Assembly (NCBI GenBank): GCA_034420855.1
Contig: DAOUKX010000016.1
Coordinates: forward strand, 1-58,126
Source of the DNA: Dehalococcoidia bacterium
GTDB taxonomy: Bacteria; Chloroflexota; Dehalococcoidia; Lucifugimonadales; GCA-2712585
DNA: 58,126 nt
Direction: 5' to 3'
How positions within the stretch are numbered: the first letter of the stretch is position 1; every line of letters starts with the position of its first letter. Both the position numbers and the translations under genes were made by a program. The notes beneath the pieces were generated by a model, which saw nothing but the letters and a program-made list of their open reading frames with translations, had not been told where the DNA came from and ran no database searches. Positions 58,052 through 58,126 of this stretch are shown piece after piece.

Positions 58052-58126
58052 ATGCCAAATGAACTTACAGTAAAGAGGATCAATGCACTTGCAAAGCCAG
58101 GAAGATTCGGTGACGGAGGCGGTCTT
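58052..58126 (+). CDS. int: tyrosine integrase, N-terminal fragment (truncated by the window end)
   Basis: 'MPNELTVKRINALAKPGRFGDGGGL' matches the arm-binding (DUF4102-type) N-terminus of P4-like integrases. Lies about 200 nt downstream of tRNA-Gln. Confidence 0.65.
   Translation, partial: MPNELTVKRINALAKPGRFGDGGGL

Overview
This is a high-GC bacterial chromosomal segment with tightly packed, often start/stop-overlapping operons. The combination of a T-box leader, an F420-type LLM oxidoreductase and a complex I operon lacking nuoEFG suggests Chloroflexota or a similar lineage; that is inference only. The housekeeping backbone is as follows. ThyX-like, E2 and Lpd genes. An 11-gene nuoABCDHIJKLMN operon carrying one extra small ORF. 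A TIGR00725/LOG-like gene, then eno and coaE. A CbbQ/NorQ-type AAA+ ATPase, a Nudix (CoA-pyrophosphatase-like) protein and a giant VWA protein. A cytidylate-kinase-like gene and cinA. A DUF4340/GldG/ABC-2/ABC-ATPase cluster. Then speD-speB, an M50 protease, a cysteine desulfurase and a META lipoprotein. ilvBNC follows behind a T-box leader, then TauE, an LLM oxidoreductase, a penicillin-acylase-family protein, a HAD hydrolase and a NYN protein. The window ends with an ADH-FAH-TPP enzyme operon, an asparaginase, a PD40/TolB-like lipoprotein and tRNA-Gln. Several visibly AT-richer or orphan insertions sit in this backbone. (1) An AIPR (abortive-infection family) gene with small companion genes lies between lpd and nuoA. 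(2) A PIN-domain gene is translationally coupled to an unrecognisable ~245-aa partner between nuoN and eno. (3) A tandem pair of diverged GIY-YIG-like paralogs, of which only the second keeps the catalytic residues, lies near the window centre. (4) A single-chain R-M-S (Type IIG-like) restriction-modification gene is bracketed by an imperfect 37-nt direct duplication of the 3' end of the neighbouring ADH gene. (5) A P4-type integrase begins next to tRNA-Gln at the right edge. No CRISPR array, rRNA or transposase was seen. Coordinates of non-ORF features were derived by hand and may be off by 1-2 nt.
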